A stretch of 64,000 bases of DNA. It comes from Gemmatimonadota bacterium. Lineage in GTDB: Bacteria; Gemmatimonadota; Gemmatimonadetes; Gemmatimonadales; GWC2-71-9. Below, piece by piece: positions 48,927 to 57,860 of this stretch (the first letter of the stretch is position 1; the number at the start of each line of letters is the position of its first letter). Below the pieces are notes generated by a model. That model was given only the letters and a program-made list of their open reading frames with translations, made no database searches and was not told where the DNA came from. The stretch is from NCBI GenBank assembly GCA_039588295.1, contig JBDHAB010000001.1, forward strand, positions 1-64,000, given 5' to 3'. Made by a program: the position numbers and the translations under genes.

Positions 48927-50647
48927 TGTCGGGAAATAGAGCGATTGCCCAGGGTGCCTGGGAGGCGGGTGTGGTATTCGCAGCCGGCTATCCCGGTACA
49001 CCAAGCACCGAGGTCCTGGAAGCGCTTGCCGAATACGACGAGGTGGACGCGCATTGGGCAACGAACGAAAAGGTCGCATTCGAGGAAGGAATGGGAGCTG
49101 CGCTCGGCGGCGTGCGGACCATCGTGACGATGAAGCACGTCGGTCTCAACGTCGCCGCCGATCCGTTCATGGTGTTCCCCTACGCAGGGACAAACGCCGG
49201 CTTCGTCGTGCTCGTGGCGGACGACCCCGGTATGTACTCGTCACAGAACGAGCAGGACAGCCGGTACTTCGCCAAGGTGGCCAAAGTCCCGATCTTCGAG
49301 CCGTCCGACGCCGATGAGGGAAGGGAGCTGGTGAAGCGGGCGTTCGATCTTTCTGAGCGTTTTCAGACGCCCGTCATGTACCGCACCACGACTCGGCTGG
49401 CTCACACCCGAGGCGTGATCGAGCGCGACGGGCGGACAGAGGTGCCTCGAAAGACCTTCTCACGCAACGCCAGCCAGTACGCCATCCCGGTCTACGCCAG
49501 ATTCCGCCGTCCCGAGCTGGAGGAGAAGCTGAACCGGCTGCGTGCCTTTGCCGAGGAGTTTGAGGGCAACAGCATCGAGGAGGGCGATCCCACATTGGCG
49601 GTGGTGAGCCACGGCACGCCCTACCAGTACGTGAAGGAAGTTGCGCCCGATGCCACGGTGTTCAAGCTGGGCATGGTCTACCCGCTCCCCGAGGAGCAGT
49701 TGCGCGAGTTCTGCGCCCGCTTCGAGCGCGTATTCGTGGTCGAAGAGAGCGAGGGGTTCATCCAGCAGGAGATGGCAAGCTTCGGAATCTTCAACGTGAT
49801 CGGAAAAGAGCGGTTCCCCAACATTGGGGAGTTGAGCGCCGACAAGGTGGCCACCGGTCTGACCGGTCGGTCCGTGCCCCCCGACTTCAGCGCGGAGGCC
49901 GCCATTCTTCCGCGGCCACCTGTCATGTGCGCTGGGTGCCCGCACCGCGGCGTGTTCAACTCGCTCCGGAAGTTGAATGTGTTGGTTACGGGGGATATCG
50001 GCTGCTACACGCTGGGCTGTCTCCCGCCGTTTGACGCCATGCATACCACGTTCTGCATGGGAGCCAGCATTGGAAACGCCACGGGCTTCAACAGAGCCGG
50101 TGAACAGAAGGTCGTGGCGGTCATCGGCGACTCCACATTCCTACACGCTGGCATTCCGAGCCTGATCAGCGCCGTGTACAACCAGGTGCCGACCACGACG
50201 GTCCTGGTGGACAACGGCACGACCGGCATGACGGGACACCAAGAACACCCCGGCACCGGACACACGCTCAAAGGGAGCACGGCTCCAGCTGTCGATTACG
50301 AGACGCTGATTCGGTCCGTCGGCGTCGAGCACGTTGCCGTCGTCGACCCGTGGAATCTCGACGAGACCGAGAAGGCTATCTCCGCCGGTCTGGCCCACCC
50401 CGGACCGGCGGTCGTGATTGCCCGGCGGCACTGCACGCTCTTGCCGGAGGAGAAGCTCAAGGAACACGTGGCCTACCAGGTGGATCCCGACGAATGCATC
50501 CTGTGTGAGGAGTGCTTCGAGACAGGCTGTCCCGCCCTGACGCAGACGGAGGACTACCCGTCCATTCGCGCGTGGGAATGCGTTGGCTGTGCCATGTGCG
50601 CTCAGCTCTGCCCCGCGGACGCCATAACTGCAGCGGGGGAGGCCTGA
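48914..50647 (+). CDS. iorA: Indolepyruvate:ferredoxin oxidoreductase alpha subunit
   Basis: GYPGTPSTE, MKHVGLNVAAD, SSQNEQD, CAGCPH, GDIGCY, GDSTF, C-terminal ferredoxin Cys clusters. Confidence 0.9.
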   Translation: MRELMSGNRAIAQGAWEAGVVFAAGYPGTPSTEVLEALAEYDEVDAHWATNEKVAFEEGMGAALGGVRTIVTMKHVGLNVAADPFMVFPYAGTNAGFVVLVADDPGMYSSQNEQDSRYFAKVAKVPIFEPSDADEGRELVKRAFDLSERFQTPVMYRTTTRLAHTRGVIERDGRTEVPRKTFSRNASQYAIPVYARFRRPELEEKLNRLRAFAEEFEGNSIEEGDPTLAVVSHGTPYQYVKEVAPDATVFKLGMVYPLPEEQLREFCARFERVFVVEESEGFIQQEMASFGIFNVIGKERFPNIGELSADKVATGLTGRSVPPDFSAEAAILPRPPVMCAGCPHRGVFNSLRKLNVLVTGDIGCYTLGCLPPFDAMHTTFCMGASIGNATGFNRAGEQKVVAVIGDSTFLHAGIPSLISAVYNQVPTTTVLVDNGTTGMTGHQEHPGTGHTLKGSTAPAVDYETLIRSVGVEHVAVVDPWNLDETEKAISAGLAHPGPAVVIARRHCTLLPEEKLKEHVAYQVDPDECILCEECFETGCPALTQTEDYPSIRAWECVGCAMCAQLCPADAITAAGEA

Positions 50648-50650
50648 CCA

Positions 50651-51220
50651 ATGCGTGTCACGAACGTGCTCATTGCCGGCGTAGGGGGGCAGGGAGCCAT
50701 TCTAGCCAGTGAGTTGCTCGCTCTGGCTGCGATGGCCGCCGGTCACGATGTGAAGCAAGGCGAGTTCCATGGTGTCGCACAACGCGGCGGCTCGGTGTTC
50801 AGCCACGTGCGGTTCGGCGACCGTGTGTACTCACCCATGACCCCATGCGGAGCGGTCGACTATTTCCTCGCCATGGAGAAGCTCGAGGCGCTGCGCTACG
50901 CCCATTTCGTCAAACCGGGCGGCACGATCATCATGAATGACTACGAGGTCGAGCCGCTCCGCATCGGCGACGAGCGGCCGTACCCCGTCCAAGCGATCGA
51001 GTTTCTGAGGAGCAAGGAGTTCAACGTGGTCGTCGTGGGAGCGACGCAGAAGGCAATCAAACTGGGGAATCATCGCGCGGCCAATGTCACGCTGCTCGGC
51101 GCCTTGGCTGGGTTCCTGGATATCCCCGAAGAGACCTGGGCCCAGACGCTTGAACGCCGGATCCCCAAGAAGTTGTTGAGCTTGAACCAGCAGGCGTTTG
51201 CGGTGGGGCGCGACGTGTGA
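50651..51220 (+). CDS. iorB: Indolepyruvate:ferredoxin oxidoreductase beta subunit
   Basis: GVGGQG, HGVAQRGGSV, EKLEALRY, N..LLGAL. Confidence 0.9.
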   Translation: MRVTNVLIAGVGGQGAILASELLALAAMAAGHDVKQGEFHGVAQRGGSVFSHVRFGDRVYSPMTPCGAVDYFLAMEKLEALRYAHFVKPGGTIIMNDYEVEPLRIGDERPYPVQAIEFLRSKEFNVVVVGATQKAIKLGNHRAANVTLLGALAGFLDIPEETWAQTLERRIPKKLLSLNQQAFAVGRDV

Positions 51221-51230
51221 CTGATACCGT

Positions 51231-54068
51231 CTAGCGGCCGTCGCCCGGAAGCATCCGGCGATAGCGCTCAGCCTCCTCGGGCCGCCCCCAGTCCTCGTAT
51301 AGTCCTATCAGCCTGCCCAGAGCCCGCTGAACGGAGTCGGGTTCGAAGCCTCCCACGTCCCGCAGCTTCGTGTAGCTGTCCACCAAGAGTTGTTCCGCCT
51401 CCTCGAATCGGCCCTGGCTGGCGAGACAGACACCAAGCCCGTTCTGCGCGGCGACGACCTGCTCCTGAGATTCAGGCAGATTATCTCGCAGAATCTCCAA
51501 TACATCACGAAACAGGGGCTCGGCATCGGAGTACGCGCTTCGATCCAACAACAGCGTTGCGAGCCCAAGCATGGTCGTGGCGGCGAAACGCTGATCGATT
51601 GATGCCCCCCGCAATACTCCCACCGCCTCTCGCCAGAGTCGTTCGGGCTCACCTCTCTTCTCAAGCGCGTACAGCGTGGATGCGAGGTTGCCCTTCACGA
51701 TCGCGGTAAACGGATGGCCCTCCCCCAGCACCTCGACGTACACGGGCAGGGCCGCGCGATAGAGTTGCTCCGCTTGCGCAAACTCACCACGATCTCTCAA
51801 CCGTCCGGCGAAGTCGTTCTTGACCCGTGCCAACTGGGGTGTATCCGCGCCGAGCGCGTCTACATGCGCGGTCATCGAGGCCTCAAACAACGAGTCCGAA
51901 ACAGAATGCTGACCTTGCTCGGCCGTGATATTCGCAAGGCTCAGTAGGCTGTTGCCGATGTCCGGATGTCCATCGGGATAGAGTCGTCGTTGTAGCGCCA
52001 GCGCATCCCGCACTGACACTCCGGCCTCGTGCAGCTTGCCCTGCCGCAACTGCACGGCGGCGAGAGAATTGAGGCTCTTGGCAATGTGGGGGTGCGTGGA
52101 ACCGTACAGTTCGCGCCTGATCACCAGCCCGTCGCGGAAATGCCGCTCGGCCGCCTCGAGGTCGCCCCGATTTTCCTCAATCCATCCCAGATTCATCTTG
52201 AGGGTGGCGATGCCGGAGCGTACTTCCTCTGAGGCCCGCATTTCCCGGCCATAGATCTCCAGCGCCTCCTCGTACACCGACACCGCTTCATCGTGCTCAC
52301 CCTTCACCTGAAGGAGATAGCCAAGATTGTTCAGGCTTCGCCCAAGCTCCACCGGCCTCCTCCGACGACCACTTCGAAGGATGGCCACCGACCGTCGAAG
52401 CAGTGGCTCCGCCTCCTCAAGCTCACCAACATCGGCTCGCAACATCCCCAAATCCGTCAGGCTCTGAGCCACATCGGCGTGATCGGGTGGGAGGGTCCGC
52501 TCGCGCAGATCGAGAGCAGCTTCCCACTGGACAGCGGCTTCGTCGACGAGCCCCAGGGCGTGGTACACTTTGCCGAGTACCTGCATCAGCGTCGCCCCGA
52601 TCTCCGGCTGATCGGCCAGCTCGACCCGGATCCGTTCCGCGCCCCGATCTAGTACCTCGCGCACGGTGACCGTGTCGCCGAGTGTGACACGCGGGTCGGA
52701 GGTCTCAAAGATCCCGACCAGAAACGCCGTTACCTGTTCCGCCTTGTCCCGCTCGCGAGCAGTCCGTTCGGCTTGGATTCCCATCGTCACCGCGAAGGCG
52801 ACGACGGCCACAAGGCCCGCCACCGTCGTCACCACCCCAATCTTGTGCCGTCGCACGAACTTCGATGATCGATAGAGAATCGTATCCGGTTGTGCCGTCA
52901 CTGGCAGACCTTTTTGATGCCGGAGGACGTCATCCGCGAGCTGTTCGGCTGACCCGTAACGGCGTTCCGGCTCTTTGCGCAGCGCCACGAGCACGATGTT
53001 GTCCAGATCACCGCTGAGTTGGCGGCGGAGCTTCTCCGGCGTCGTGCCGCGTGCCCGACTCACGCACTCCGGTGTGATCGGCTCTGCGCGATCAAGATCT
53101 GTCAGCTCCTCCACGCGCGCGGCGGCCGCCGACGGCCGGTCTGGATCGGTCTCCGTAACCACACGCTCCACCTCCAAAAGCGGCCGGCCCGAAAGCCGAT
53201 AGGGTCGGTGGCCCGTCAGCAGCTCGTATAACAGGACGCCCAGCTGATACACATCGCTCGCGGTTGTCACCGGGTCACCGCGCACCTGTTCCGGCGAGGC
53301 GTACTCGGGCGTCATGATCCTGACGCCGGTCCGCGTCTCCGGTCTTGGCGACGCGAGTGCCTCGGGATCGAGGAGCTTGGCGATACCGAAGTCGAGCAGC
53401 TTCACCACGCCGTCGGGCGTTACCAGAACGTTGGCCGGCTTGAGATCTCGGTGAACAATCAGGTGACGATGGGCGTAGTGGACGGCTGAACACACGGCTC
53501 GAAAGAGGTCCAACCGCCGACTAATCGACAGGCGGTGCTCGTCACAGTAGGTATCGATAGGCACGCCGTCGACGTGCTCCATGGCGAAGTACGGCTGTCC
53601 ATCGCTCGTGACGCCACCGTCGAGCAGCCCAGAAATGTTCGGGTGGGAAACCTGGGCCAGGATCTGACGCTCGGCGAGGAAGCGTTGCCGGAGATCTTCG
53701 CTATCGAGATCCGCGCGCAGCAGCTTGAGGGCGACCCGCTGCTCGAATTGGCCGTCAGCCCGTTCGGCGAGGTACACGGCGCCCATGCCGCCATGCCCAA
53801 TCCGGTCGAGAATCCTGTACGGACCGATGAGCGAGGGCGGCGGTACCTCCGGGACTTGTGGCTCCCCCGCTCCCGGTCCACTCATCTCGCCGGCAAGGCG
53901 GTCGAACCGACCAGTCGCGGCGCACGATTCCAGTAACGCCATCACATCACGGCGCAGATCGGGATCACCCGCACAGTGCCCGTCGAGGAAGCGCGACTGC
54001 TCCGCTGCCGGCAGCTCGGACGCTGCAACGAACAGATCTTGGATCTCCTGCAGGCGTTCGGGATTCAT
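51231..54068 (-). CDS. Ser/Thr protein kinase with TM and extracytoplasmic TPR array
   Basis: GHGGMGAVY, VALK, HRDLKPAN, DFGIAK, MTPEYASPEQ; TM; HPxxAxSL-type TPRs. Confidence 0.9.
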   Translation of the reverse strand: MNPERLQEIQDLFVAASELPAAEQSRFLDGHCAGDPDLRRDVMALLESCAATGRFDRLAGEMSGPGAGEPQVPEVPPPSLIGPYRILDRIGHGGMGAVYLAERADGQFEQRVALKLLRADLDSEDLRQRFLAERQILAQVSHPNISGLLDGGVTSDGQPYFAMEHVDGVPIDTYCDEHRLSISRRLDLFRAVCSAVHYAHRHLIVHRDLKPANVLVTPDGVVKLLDFGIAKLLDPEALASPRPETRTGVRIMTPEYASPEQVRGDPVTTASDVYQLGVLLYELLTGHRPYRLSGRPLLEVERVVTETDPDRPSAAAARVEELTDLDRAEPITPECVSRARGTTPEKLRRQLSGDLDNIVLVALRKEPERRYGSAEQLADDVLRHQKGLPVTAQPDTILYRSSKFVRRHKIGVVTTVAGLVAVVAFAVTMGIQAERTARERDKAEQVTAFLVGIFETSDPRVTLGDTVTVREVLDRGAERIRVELADQPEIGATLMQVLGKVYHALGLVDEAAVQWEAALDLRERTLPPDHADVAQSLTDLGMLRADVGELEEAEPLLRRSVAILRSGRRRRPVELGRSLNNLGYLLQVKGEHDEAVSVYEEALEIYGREMRASEEVRSGIATLKMNLGWIEENRGDLEAAERHFRDGLVIRRELYGSTHPHIAKSLNSLAAVQLRQGKLHEAGVSVRDALALQRRLYPDGHPDIGNSLLSLANITAEQGQHSVSDSLFEASMTAHVDALGADTPQLARVKNDFAGRLRDRGEFAQAEQLYRAALPVYVEVLGEGHPFTAIVKGNLASTLYALEKRGEPERLWREAVGVLRGASIDQRFAATTMLGLATLLLDRSAYSDAEPLFRDVLEILRDNLPESQEQVVAAQNGLGVCLASQGRFEEAEQLLVDSYTKLRDVGGFEPDSVQRALGRLIGLYEDWGRPEEAERYRRMLPGDGR

Positions 54069-54083
54069 CGCCGTACTCCGATG

Positions 54084-54653
54084 TCAGGAGTCGAGGACCC
54101 CCAACTCCTGATTGAGCCAGGCGCGGCAGATCGCCCAGTCGCGTTTGACCGATGCGACGGATATGCCGAGGGCTCCTGCGGTCTCCTTGAGCGACATACC
54201 GCCGAAGAACCGGCATTCCACCACGCGACACTGCCGCTCGTTCACGGATTCCAGTCTGGTCAGAGCCTCGTCGAGCGCGATCAAATCTTCCGCCCGTTCC
54301 TGTGCAACCTGAAAGGCGTCATCCAGCGGCACCTTGGCTAATCCCCCACCGCGCTTTTCGCGATTACGCGTCCTTGCGTAGTCGATCAGGATGCGGCGCA
54401 TGGCCCGCGAGGCCATGGCAAAAAAGTGCGTTCGATCCCGCCACTCGACGCGATCGACGTTGATGAGCTTGAGGTAGGCTTCGTGGACGAGCGCGGTGGT
54501 AGAGAGCGTGTGTCCGGCGCGCTCGCTGCGAAGGTGCCGATGGGCCAGCTGCTTCAGCTCATCGTAGACGATGGGCATCAGCTCGTCCCAGACCTCGGGA
54601 CGTCCACCCGATAGCGCGACGAGCTTTTCGGTTACGCTGTGGCGGTCTCTCAT
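54084..54653 (-). CDS. Kinase-associated ECF sigma factor (TIGR02999-like)
   Basis: VYDELKQLA, HTLSTTALVHEAYLKL, AMRRILIDYAR, RFFGG, VKRDW. Confidence 0.88.
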   Translation of the reverse strand: MRDRHSVTEKLVALSGGRPEVWDELMPIVYDELKQLAHRHLRSERAGHTLSTTALVHEAYLKLINVDRVEWRDRTHFFAMASRAMRRILIDYARTRNREKRGGGLAKVPLDDAFQVAQERAEDLIALDEALTRLESVNERQCRVVECRFFGGMSLKETAGALGISVASVKRDWAICRAWLNQELGVLDS

Positions 54654-54916
54654 GAACTTGGGCGAACGCTGACAGGCTCACACCCGTAGGAGCCTCGGGC
54701 CGCGTCCGATCCTCCGGATAGCCTATCCCGCGGCTCGGCTTTTCACAATGCTGTGGCTGCCGGGACTCCGGGCTCGCCAGGGCCACGATTGCCGGCCGTG
54801 AGCCGCTCTGCCGTCAAACGTCGCCTGTATCGATAGAGGGATTCGTACCGGGGTGGACGCCGTTATCGAGGGGCGCCTCCCTGTCCACACGGGACGTCAT
54901 ACCGGAGGGTACAACC

Positions 54917-55123
54917 ATGCGTTCGCTCAAAGCCGGTGCTCGCGTGATAGCTGTGTTGGTGTTCGCTGCCGGTGCTGCCGGTCTGGGTTGCGCGACTCTT
55001 GGACCGACCAACCTTGGCACCTGCTACGGGCTTAACGGAGAGTTCCAAAACGGCACGACTGAGTACGAATGCACGAACGACTGTCCGAATTGCTCTTGGT
55101 CTCCCGACCGCGGCCCTGAGTGA
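54917..55123 (+). CDS. 68-aa Cys-rich putative lipopeptide, copy 1
   Basis: GGAGG RBS, signal peptide ending GLG-C, four further Cys; synonymous changes versus copy 2. Confidence 0.75.
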   Translation: MRSLKAGARVIAVLVFAAGAAGLGCATLGPTNLGTCYGLNGEFQNGTTEYECTNDCPNCSWSPDRGPE

Positions 55124-55408
55124 ACTCGGTTTCACCGACCTCTGCGGGAGAGCGCGGTGCCGGATCGTAGCGCAACAACTGCGTGCTGGGAATGTACCGT
55201 GGGTCCAACGGGCCGACGCGCTGCGGCACCGTCGTAGGTGTCAGTGTACTCGGGCGTGGCGATTCGAGCGTCACACCATGCAGGTCTTCACGTATTCGGC
55301 ACCGACCTGCTGTCGCCAGTATTGGTAGAGGGATTCGTACCGGGGTGGACGCCGTTGTCGAGGGGCGCCTCCCTGTCCACACGGGACGTCATACCGGAGG
55401 GTACAACC

Positions 55409-55612
55409 ATGCGTTTGCTCAAAGCCGGTGCTCGCGTGATAGCTGTATTGGTGCTCGCAGCAGGTGCAGTCGGCCTGGGTTGCTTCGATACTGGGCCAAA
55501 TGCCCTCGGCACCTGCTACCGTGCCGAAGAGAGCCAAAGCGGCCTGACCCAGGACGAATGCATGGACGACTGTCCGACCTGCTCTTGGTATCCCGACCGC
55601 GGCCCTGAGTGA
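55409..55612 (+). CDS. 67-aa Cys-rich putative lipopeptide, copy 2
   Basis: Same RBS/leader/Cys frame and PDRGPE end as copy 1; 3-nt in-frame indel. Confidence 0.75.
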   Translation: MRLLKAGARVIAVLVLAAGAVGLGCFDTGPNALGTCYRAEESQSGLTQDECMDDCPTCSWYPDRGPE

Positions 55613-55760
55613 ACTCGGCTTCACCGACCTCTGCGGGAGAGCGCGGTGCCGGAGCGTCGCGCAACGACCGCGTACCGGGGATGTACCGCGGGTCGAACGG
55701 GGCGACGCGCTGCGGCAGTCTCGTAGGTGTCAGCGGGCTCGAGGCGTGGTGATTCGAGTG

Positions 55761-57860
55761 TCACACCATACAGGTCTTCACGTATTCGGCACCCACCCGC
55801 CCCTCCCGACACGCCGCGGACACCATGAACTCGGCCGAATGGTTCGCCTGCACCGTCAGCGCCTCGGACAGCGGAGTATGGCAGGCGCCGTCGATGCAGG
55901 CCATGATTGCCTTCCTGCCGGCGTCGCTCCCCGGTGTCCCCGCAGGGGGCAATGCACCCACCTCCTTCGAGACTCCGTCGAGCGCGCCCACTTCGACATC
56001 TCGACGGGGGAGGCCGTGGTCGGCCCCGGTGGCCACCTGCCACGCCTTCTGGATTGCATCCGCGAGGGGCGCCGCGTAGTCGATGAGCCACCCCACAGCG
56101 TCGGTCGCCCGCACCGACCGGCCTGTGAGCAACAACTCAACCAGCCGAGGCCAATCATCGGACCGGGCTTTCCGAAACGGCCAGTGGCAGCCCTCCATTC
56201 CGGGTACGACGGGCAACGTCACCTCGGGCATGCCGAGCTGTGCGCCGTCCACAGCGATGAGGTAGTGGCAGTGCATGAGCAGCTCCAGCATGCCGCCTAG
56301 ACAGCGCTTGCCGTTCACGAAGGCCACAGACGTCTCGAACTCGTCGTGCAGGCGTCGCGCGGTTCGCGACCAATCGCCCGCAATCCGAGAACCTTCGGCC
56401 GACTGCTCCAATGCGGGGAAGAACTCGTTTGTGTCGGCTCCTACCATCTGCGTTGCGAGATGGAAATCTCCGGTCACGATCACCCGGCCGATACCCGCGG
56501 CCTTGAGCGCGTCGATTGCCCGATTGAGCTCGACGTCGACGTCGGCATTGTAGCTCTCCCGGCTGATCGTGATCACGCCCGTCGAGCCGTCGTGTTCGGC
56601 GTTCACGTACAGCTGCCGCCACTCGGGCTCATCCATTCGCGCGCAGGTGTCCGGATACCACGCGTGCCCCGCTGCCTCCGGATGCAGCTGGTGATACGCC
56701 TCGACCATTCGAATGACGGCGTCGGGACCCATGCCGCGCATCACCGCGAGGACACCGCGGCGGAATTGCGCGCAGAGTTCACCGATTGCGTTTATATGCG
56801 CGAGGTGACTGCGACGCTCGTGAAGCATGAGACTCGTCATTTGGAACAGCGGTCCGAGAATCCAGGTGCGGAATTCCTCGTCGTCGTCACCCTCCAATGA
56901 CCAGTTCACCAGCGGCCGGAAGTGGTTGGGTGGATACCACGACTGACCGCTGTCCTTCTGTGCGATGAGCTCCACCGTCGGCTCGAATACCGCACCGTAC
57001 TGCTGACTCAGGTGATGCAAGCACGACCAGGTCAGGAAGTTGGCGCCCTTCGCGCCGATGGCGTCGTGCGCCCTGAAGGGGTTCGGCCCAAGCAGCTTGC
57101 GGGCGAACTTGTCGACCTTCCAGAAGGGCATGTTGCGCGCGTGGTGGAACCTGAGCGCCGCGAGTGTGAGGCCGCAAAACAGCACATCCAACACGAACGA
57201 CCAATGGTCACTCACGGGGATGGGCATCAGCCCCAGCGCCCAAAGGAGTTGTGTAATCGCGGACGGTTCCGGCTCGACCACTTCCCAGACCTTGTTGATC
57301 TCGTGGGGGAAGGCCGGGTGTGCAATTCCAACACCCAACTCCGAGCTTGGGAATCCGGACGTGACCGAACGGATCTCGATTTCCGGAAACGACTCGCGGA
57401 AGATCCCGTAGTGCGCCTTCTTGACCTCGAGGATCTCCGGGATCGCTTCCAGCAGAAAGCGCGGATTGAGGTTCTTCAGCTCCGATGGCAAGTGCGTGCC
57501 GTCGTAGCTCAGTCGGATGATGTTCCCCATGATCCGCGCGGCCCCCTCCGACCCAAACGCCTGCACCAACCCGGGATACTGCCTTCCCACGCCATCGGGC
57601 GCGTTAGGAAAATCGAGGGCTACGATCCGCACGTCGAACGGCTGCAACCTTGAGCCCAGCTGCATCGTCTTGCCGGCACCGACGATGCCATTGGCGCCGG
57701 AAATGACCAGGGACCCCCGTGCCCCTGGCTTGCCGAACACCTGATCCACCAGGTCGCCCGGATCCGCCGGGAGTCTTCCTTGGCGGTAGATGTCAATGAC
57801 GCCGCCGAGCCCAATCGTGTGGAGTGTCGGTTCCCGCATCGCCGTAATCATCGCCGTCAA
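55761..57860 (-). CDS. Divergent 3-hydroxyacyl-CoA dehydrogenase (N) + enoyl-CoA hydratase (C) fusion
   Basis: ISGANGIVGAG, EAIPE..VKK, SVTS; C-terminal GAD, CLGGMLE, MPEVTL; TTGA overlap with thiolase stop. Confidence 0.7.
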   Translation of the reverse strand: MTAMITAMREPTLHTIGLGGVIDIYRQGRLPADPGDLVDQVFGKPGARGSLVISGANGIVGAGKTMQLGSRLQPFDVRIVALDFPNAPDGVGRQYPGLVQAFGSEGAARIMGNIIRLSYDGTHLPSELKNLNPRFLLEAIPEILEVKKAHYGIFRESFPEIEIRSVTSGFPSSELGVGIAHPAFPHEINKVWEVVEPEPSAITQLLWALGLMPIPVSDHWSFVLDVLFCGLTLAALRFHHARNMPFWKVDKFARKLLGPNPFRAHDAIGAKGANFLTWSCLHHLSQQYGAVFEPTVELIAQKDSGQSWYPPNHFRPLVNWSLEGDDDEEFRTWILGPLFQMTSLMLHERRSHLAHINAIGELCAQFRRGVLAVMRGMGPDAVIRMVEAYHQLHPEAAGHAWYPDTCARMDEPEWRQLYVNAEHDGSTGVITISRESYNADVDVELNRAIDALKAAGIGRVIVTGDFHLATQMVGADTNEFFPALEQSAEGSRIAGDWSRTARRLHDEFETSVAFVNGKRCLGGMLELLMHCHYLIAVDGAQLGMPEVTLPVVPGMEGCHWPFRKARSDDWPRLVELLLTGRSVRATDAVGWLIDYAAPLADAIQKAWQVATGADHGLPRRDVEVGALDGVSKEVGALPPAGTPGSDAGRKAIMACIDGACHTPLSEALTVQANHSAEFMVSAACREGRVGAEYVKTCMV

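Larger units (their letters stand above)
54820..55793. repeat. Tandem duplication, two units of ~490 bp (54820-55303 and 55312-55793)
   Basis: 83-nt leaders (54834-54916 vs 55326-55408) differ at one base; homologous ORFs, spacers and 33-nt ends. Confidence 0.95.

Noticed and set aside
55032..55382. Minus-strand ORF in the repeat spacer (PQRVGPLDPRYIP...)
   Set aside because: Many differences between copies are non-synonymous in this frame and a 1-nt indel breaks it
54917..55612. Classical RiPP precursor or radical-SAM call from the Cx3Cx2C pattern
   Set aside because: Sec-type signal, tiny size and no maturase or transporter in the window; distant enzymes cannot be excluded
54820..55793. 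DGR template/variable repeat or CRISPR interpretation of the duplication
   Set aside because: Substitutions are not adenine-specific, no reverse transcriptase or cas genes, unit far too long for CRISPR
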